Source: Acholeplasmataceae bacterium UBA6181 (GTDB lineage Bacteria; Bacillota_I; Bacilli_A; Acholeplasmatales; Acholeplasmataceae). From it: a stretch of DNA of 53,249 bases. The position numbers were made by a program, and so were the translations under genes. Numbering within the stretch: position 1 is the first letter of the stretch; every line of letters begins with the position of its first letter. The stretch is taken from NCBI GenBank assembly GCA_002422135.1, contig DITP01000092.1, positions 1 to 53,249 on the forward strand, written 5' to 3'. This document shows, piece by piece, positions 49,501 through 53,249 of this stretch. The notes beneath the pieces are model-generated. The model did no database searches, was not told the origin of the DNA, and worked only from the letters and a program-made list of their open reading frames with translations.

Positions 49501-49635
49501 GTGAAAAGAACATATCAACCAAGTAAGTTAAAGCGCCAAAAGACTCATGGATTTAGAGCTCGCATGGCAACCGTTGGTGGTCGTCAAGTACTTGCTCGCC
49601 GCAGATTGAAAGGCCGCGCTGAGTTAACTGTTTAA
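49501..49635 (+). CDS. rpmH: 50S ribosomal protein L34
   Basis: (V)[36 protein letters not shown] start at 49501 after AAAGGTGG. The track's TTG start at 49435 is actually the -35 box. Confidence 0.95.
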   Translation: MKRTYQPSKLKRQKTHGFRARMATVGGRQVLARRRLKGRAELTV

Positions 49636-49656
49636 TCTAAATTATTTTAAAACACT

Positions 49657-49711
49657 AGGACTACTCGTTAAAATAATAACTTTTTGTTATTTTGAGTAGT
49701 CCTTATTTTTT
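49657..49711 (+). terminator. Long hairpin plus T-run between rpmH and rnpA (terminator/attenuator)
   Basis: AGGACTACTC (49657-49666) pairs with GAGTAGTCCT (49694-49703). An inner AAAATAAC/GTTATTTT helix extends the stem, and TATTTTTT follows. Confidence 0.6.
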
Positions 49712-49717
49712 AAAACT

Positions 49718-50068
49718 ATGAAAAAAGAATATCGCATAAAGAAGAATAGCGAAATCGATGCGATTTTTAAGAAAAAAATATCAAAATCAAACAGTTATTA
49801 TGCGATCTATCAATCTTCTGATCCACAAGCGAGTCATTTTCGTTATGCGCTCTCCATTGGAAAAAAATATGGAAACGCTGTCAAACGAAATTTCGCCAAA
49901 CGTCGGATTCGAATGATTGTTACTGAACAAAGTAACAACATCAAGTCAGATGTGTGCTTCGTTATGGTCATTAAACCCAAATCAAAGGATTTATCTTATA
50001 ACGAGATGAGACAGCATTTGAATGAACTTATGAAAAAATCAAAACTATTGGAGAACACAGATGAATAA
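49718..50068 (+). CDS. rnpA: Ribonuclease P protein component
   Basis: MKKEYRIKKN.E....K, GNAV.RN..KRRIR (RNR motif). No SD upstream. Confidence 0.9.
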   Translation: MKKEYRIKKNSEIDAIFKKKISKSNSYYAIYQSSDPQASHFRYALSIGKKYGNAVKRNFAKRRIRMIVTEQSNNIKSDVCFVMVIKPKSKDLSYNEMRQHLNELMKKSKLLENTDE

Positions 50069-51473
50069 ACGTATTATTTTTATTGTCATGATGTTAATCT
50101 TGACATTAAGTCTTGCAGCATGTAATTCATCAGATAATAACATTGCACTAGTAACCGTCAATAATCCTTATGGAGAAAATGGTGAAAAAGTTGTGTTTGA
50201 TTATGATGAACAAAATCAAATTGTATTTAAAGGTGAAAAAGGTCTATCTTACTGGACAATAAACGAAGCGGGCATTGCTACATTAGTCACGTATGATGGA
50301 GATCTCCCCACGAATTTAGTTGACAATGATGGAGTACGTACTTATTATTTTGTTGCTGAAGGCGAAATGCATTCTTTTAAAATCTATATTAAGCCAGAAG
50401 TTCCCGTTGAAGATAACACCATTGTTATGTTATCAATCCGTTATAATGCTGAAAATGTGACACACCATATTGGTAAAAAATTTAATCCAATCGGAATGGA
50501 AGTTTATGCCATTGAAAAAGATGGCGATATTCAAGCATTGCATGAAACTTTGAGTGAAGAAGTCTTTATTGCACTGTTTGATGACCATGATTATGAACCT
50601 TTAGATGATGATGGATTTAAGGATAAGATAAATTATCCAGTGACTGTCACATATGGTGGAGTTTCTGAAGAATTCAATATCTATGTTGCAGGAGGAGAAA
50701 GACCTGTTACAACAAAAGATGCTAATGTATTTGACTGGATCTTTGTAATTCCTATTTCTTATATTATGGCGTTCTTTGGCGGGCTTATGGGTAATTCATT
50801 CGCACTTGGTATTTTATTTACGACAATTGTTGTACGTACGATTGCATGGCCAATTTATGCGAAGAGTAATGACATGTCATTAAAGATGAATCTTGCACAA
50901 CCAGATATGCAACGTGTTCAAATGAAATATGCAACAAGAAAAGATCCTCAATCTCAACAACAAATGCAAATGGAAATGATGCAAGTCTATAAAAAACACG
51001 GTATCAGTGCATTAGGATGTTTATTTCCATTCTTGCAAATGCCAATCTTTATTGCAATGTATGGTGTTGTTAGAAGAATCACGATTGAAGGCGGTATGTT
51101 CACAGATTCAGTATCACATACTGGCTTCTTAGGAATCAACCTTGCAAATACACAAGATGGCATCATTGGTATGATTTTAGCTGGAATCGTGGGTATTACG
51201 ATGTTCTTGCTACAATTAATTTCTCAAAAGAAACCATCATATCAAAAGAAGACAATGACGCATAATAATCCTCAAGCAAATCAAACTGAAAAAACAATGA
51301 AATATATGATGTATTTCATGGTAGTCATGATGGTTTTCGCATCTTATCAAAGTAATGCATTAGCGCTTTACTGGATTTTTGGTAACATTTATTCTTTAGG
51401 ACAAACTCTTATTAATCGCAAAATGGCTGAAAAGAAACACCAAAAATTACAAGATAAACAATTATTGGGGTGA
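50061..51473 (+). CDS. yidC: YidC/Oxa1 membrane insertase with a ~200-aa N-terminal lipoprotein ectodomain
   Basis: Lipobox LSLAAC (Cys21). The insertase core starts at about aa 225 (ILFTTIVVRTIAWPIY, MQ.VQ.KY, MPIFIAMY, ALALYW). aa 22-220 form the extra domain. Confidence 0.85.
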   Translation: MNKRIIFIVMMLILTLSLAACNSSDNNIALVTVNNPYGENGEKVVFDYDEQNQIVFKGEKGLSYWTINEAGIATLVTYDGDLPTNLVDNDGVRTYYFVAEGEMHSFKIYIKPEVPVEDNTIVMLSIRYNAENVTHHIGKKFNPIGMEVYAIEKDGDIQALHETLSEEVFIALFDDHDYEPLDDDGFKDKINYPVTVTYGGVSEEFNIYVAGGERPVTTKDANVFDWIFVIPISYIMAFFGGLMGNSFALGILFTTIVVRTIAWPIYAKSNDMSLKMNLAQPDMQRVQMKYATRKDPQSQQQMQMEMMQVYKKHGISALGCLFPFLQMPIFIAMYGVVRRITIEGGMFTDSVSHTGFLGINLANTQDGIIGMILAGIVGITMFLLQLISQKKPSYQKKTMTHNNPQANQTEKTMKYMMYFMVVMMVFASYQSNALALYWIFGNIYSLGQTLINRKMAEKKHQKLQDKQLLG

Positions 51474-51477
51474 TCAT

Positions 51478-52101
51478 ATGTTAAAACGCATAGAATTTGA
51501 AGCAAAAAATTTACAAGAAGCTGAAAAAACAGCAGTTGAACAATTAAGATTACAACTAGATAAAATTAAACTTACTGTCGTACGCGAGAAAAAAGGATTA
51601 CTTGGATTTGGGACATCAGCAACTTATGAAGCGACTCCCAATGTTAATCTAGCGTTAGAAGGTAAAATATATCTTGAAAATATTTTAAAAACACTAGAGA
51701 TTGAATCTCGTATGGAAGTTCGTACACTTTCCGATGGTGAAGAAATTCATTATCATGTTGAAAGTGAAGAAAACGCGCTTTTAATTGGCAGAGAAGGTCG
51801 CACATTAATTAGTCTGCAATATATGCTTAGAAATTATTTAAATACTTTTGTTGATGGGCACTTGATTGTTTCATTAGATATTGGAAATTATCATGAAAAT
51901 CATCGAAAACAATTAGAAATATTGGCAACTAAGACAGCAAAAGAAGTTGCACAAACAAGAATTGCAGTAAAATTAGATCCTATGAATGCTTATGATCGAA
52001 GAATTATTCATACAAAACTTAGCGAATGGCGAGATGTCACAACGGAATCAGAAGGCGAAGGAGAAAACCGCGCTCTTGTGATTAAACCAGTAAAAAAATA
52101 A
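51478..52101 (+). CDS. khpB: RNA-binding protein Jag/KhpB (Jag_N, KH, R3H)
   Basis: Position after yidC. KH-like IGREGRTL and an R3H region (L.PMNAYDRRIIH). Confidence 0.85.
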   Translation: MLKRIEFEAKNLQEAEKTAVEQLRLQLDKIKLTVVREKKGLLGFGTSATYEATPNVNLALEGKIYLENILKTLEIESRMEVRTLSDGEEIHYHVESEENALLIGREGRTLISLQYMLRNYLNTFVDGHLIVSLDIGNYHENHRKQLEILATKTAKEVAQTRIAVKLDPMNAYDRRIIHTKLSEWRDVTTESEGEGENRALVIKPVKK

Positions 52102-52108
52102 TGAAATT

Positions 52109-52138
52109 GCTCTTTCTATTGGATAGGAAGAGCTTTTT
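52109..52138 (+). terminator. Intrinsic terminator after jag
   Basis: GCTCTTTC-9 nt-GGAAGAGC followed by TTTTT. Confidence 0.75.
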
Positions 52139-52201
52139 ATTTATACATTAAAAGTTCAAAACTTTCATGATATAATAATAAGCACATAAGTAGGTGATTT
52201 T

Positions 52202-53143
52202 ATGGCAATAAAAAATCATAAAAAAATAAAAATAATGCATCATGTTAAACGGTTTTTAGCAGTTATTTTTATTCTTTTAATCATTGCATTTGCTTATAGT
52301 ATGGGCATTGCAACCTATGAAAATATAAAAGTCAATAAAATCGTAAATGATTTTAAATCTAGAAGTACTTATGAATATGAAGAGGTGATTGAATATTATC
52401 CGGGTGTTTTTCAAACCCGTGTTTATCATAAGGTTTCACGTGAAACATCCTATGAGTTAAGTGACGAAAGAAGCATATTTACTGACGAAACAAGACGACT
52501 TCTTGGCCAAAAAGGAGATATTTTTCTATCCCAACAATCACCGTTTCCTCAAGTTCCGATCATTCATCCTTGGATTAGCTATAATTTTGGAGGTCATGCA
52601 GCAATTCATAACGGGAATAACCGGTTTATTGAAGCTGTTGGATTTCCTCAACCAGGAGAAACAATTTTAGATTTTATTTTTCATCCGGGTGATGAACCGC
52701 ATAATTTTAGTGCGACCGTGAATATTACAAGCTCTAATTATTGGTTGAATCCTAATTTTAGAGTCGAGTCAAGCAAGGATTTTAAGTATTATGGGAATTA
52801 CTATCGACCTGAATTCATCGGCATTCGTGTTAAAAACATCACGGAAGCACAAATTGATGCAGCTGTTGAATATGCTGATGAAAAAGTAGATATAAGTTTG
52901 TATAATTTCACATTTGCATTAGATCTAGAATATAAATTTTATTGTACCGATCTCATTAGTAGAGCTTATCAAAGTGCTTTAGTAGAGCCGGAAAATCAAC
53001 GAAATTATGCAAGATCATTAAATGATGATCGATTTGTAACAACAGTTAATGATATGATTCTTTCAGATGATTCATATTTGGCATTTTATGTTGAAATTAT
53101 CGATGATGTTATTCATATTTACTATCTAGAAGATATCGTTTAA
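52202..53143 (+). CDS. Membrane-anchored permuted papain-like (YiiX/YaeF, peptidase C92-type) protein
   Basis: N-terminal TM (FLAVIFILLIIAFAYSMGIA). QKGDIF, GGHAAIH...FIEAVG (His) precedes YKFYCTDLISRAY (Cys), the permuted order typical of C92/NlpC-P60-like enzymes. Confidence 0.6.
   Translation: MAIKNHKKIKIMHHVKRFLAVIFILLIIAFAYSMGIATYENIKVNKIVNDFKSRSTYEYEEVIEYYPGVFQTRVYHKVSRETSYELSDERSIFTDETRRLLGQKGDIFLSQQSPFPQVPIIHPWISYNFGGHAAIHNGNNRFIEAVGFPQPGETILDFIFHPGDEPHNFSATVNITSSNYWLNPNFRVESSKDFKYYGNYYRPEFIGIRVKNITEAQIDAAVEYADEKVDISLYNFTFALDLEYKFYCTDLISRAYQSALVEPENQRNYARSLNDDRFVTTVNDMILSDDSYLAFYVEIIDDVIHIYYLEDIV
52432..52447. other. Near-consensus parS centromere site inside the 52202-53143 CDS
   Basis: GGTTTCACGTGAAACA matches the Bacillota parS TGTTTCACGTGAAACA at 15 of 16 positions. 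The 14-bp core GTTTCACGTGAAAC is a perfect palindrome. Confidence 0.7.
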
Positions 53144-53158
53144 TAGGAGGAATTCGTT

Positions 53159-53249
53159 ATGGAATATGTTCAAATCGGATTATTAAGTTTAATTTTAATC
53201 ATGCTCATCATTTTAATCATTCGTGCGTTTAAGAAAAACAAACATATTG
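53159..53249 (+). CDS. 5' end of an ORF encoding an N-terminal TM helix (truncated by the window edge)
   Basis: AGGAGG lies 8 nt before the ATG at 53159. Translation: MEYVQIGLLSLILIMLIILIIRAFKKNKHI... Confidence 0.4.
   Translation, partial: MEYVQIGLLSLILIMLIILIIRAFKKNKHI

Overview
This is a 53.2-kb AT-rich chromosomal window centred on the replication origin of a low-GC Bacillota/Mollicutes-type bacterium. TGA is used as a stop codon (soj, mnmG, tadA, the small rnf ORF), so the code is 11, not the Mycoplasma code. The synteny around the origin is Bacillus-like, but cell-wall and sporulation genes are missing (no glmU between spoVG and prs), while PduL, Rnf and GalU are present. This fits an Acholeplasma-like lineage best, but that is inference only; no search was possible. 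oriC lies at about 49.2 kb between divergent dnaA (-) and rpmH (+), with a second DnaA-box pair between dnaA and dnaN. Gene orientation flips there: nearly everything to the left is on the minus strand and everything to the right is on the plus strand. Left arm, moving away from oriC: dnaA-dnaN-yaaA-recF-gyrB-gyrA; an envelope/polyprenyl-phosphate cluster (LtaS-like, DUF1361, uppP, DUF368, galU); T-box-controlled serS; an OmpR/HK pair; HIT; pduL; HD hydrolase-rnmV-rsmA-ispE-spoVG-prs-pth-mfd; an aminotransferase; fhs-folD; ppa-yebC; and glyA abutted to an unusual rnf operon (rnfC-D-G-G'-E-A-microORF-short rnfB) followed by apbE, a NusG_II (DUF1312) protein and a Gx transporter. The arm continues with rpmE, tdk, tadA, a 104-nt SRP RNA, an orphan membrane protein, a displaced mnmG-rsmG-soj-spo0J-DUF951 block and the 5' end of a tRNA. 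Right arm: rpmH-rnpA-yidC (with a long N-terminal lipoprotein domain)-jag, a C92/YiiX-like protein containing a near-consensus parS, and a truncated ORF. I saw no mobile elements, CRISPR arrays, rRNA genes or defence islands. The part most worth a second look is the non-canonical Rnf/flavinylation supercluster. All functional calls rest on motif recognition in the supplied translations and on reading the DNA by eye, not on database searches. The ORF track uses GTG/TTG starts, so several starts were re-placed using Shine-Dalgarno context.
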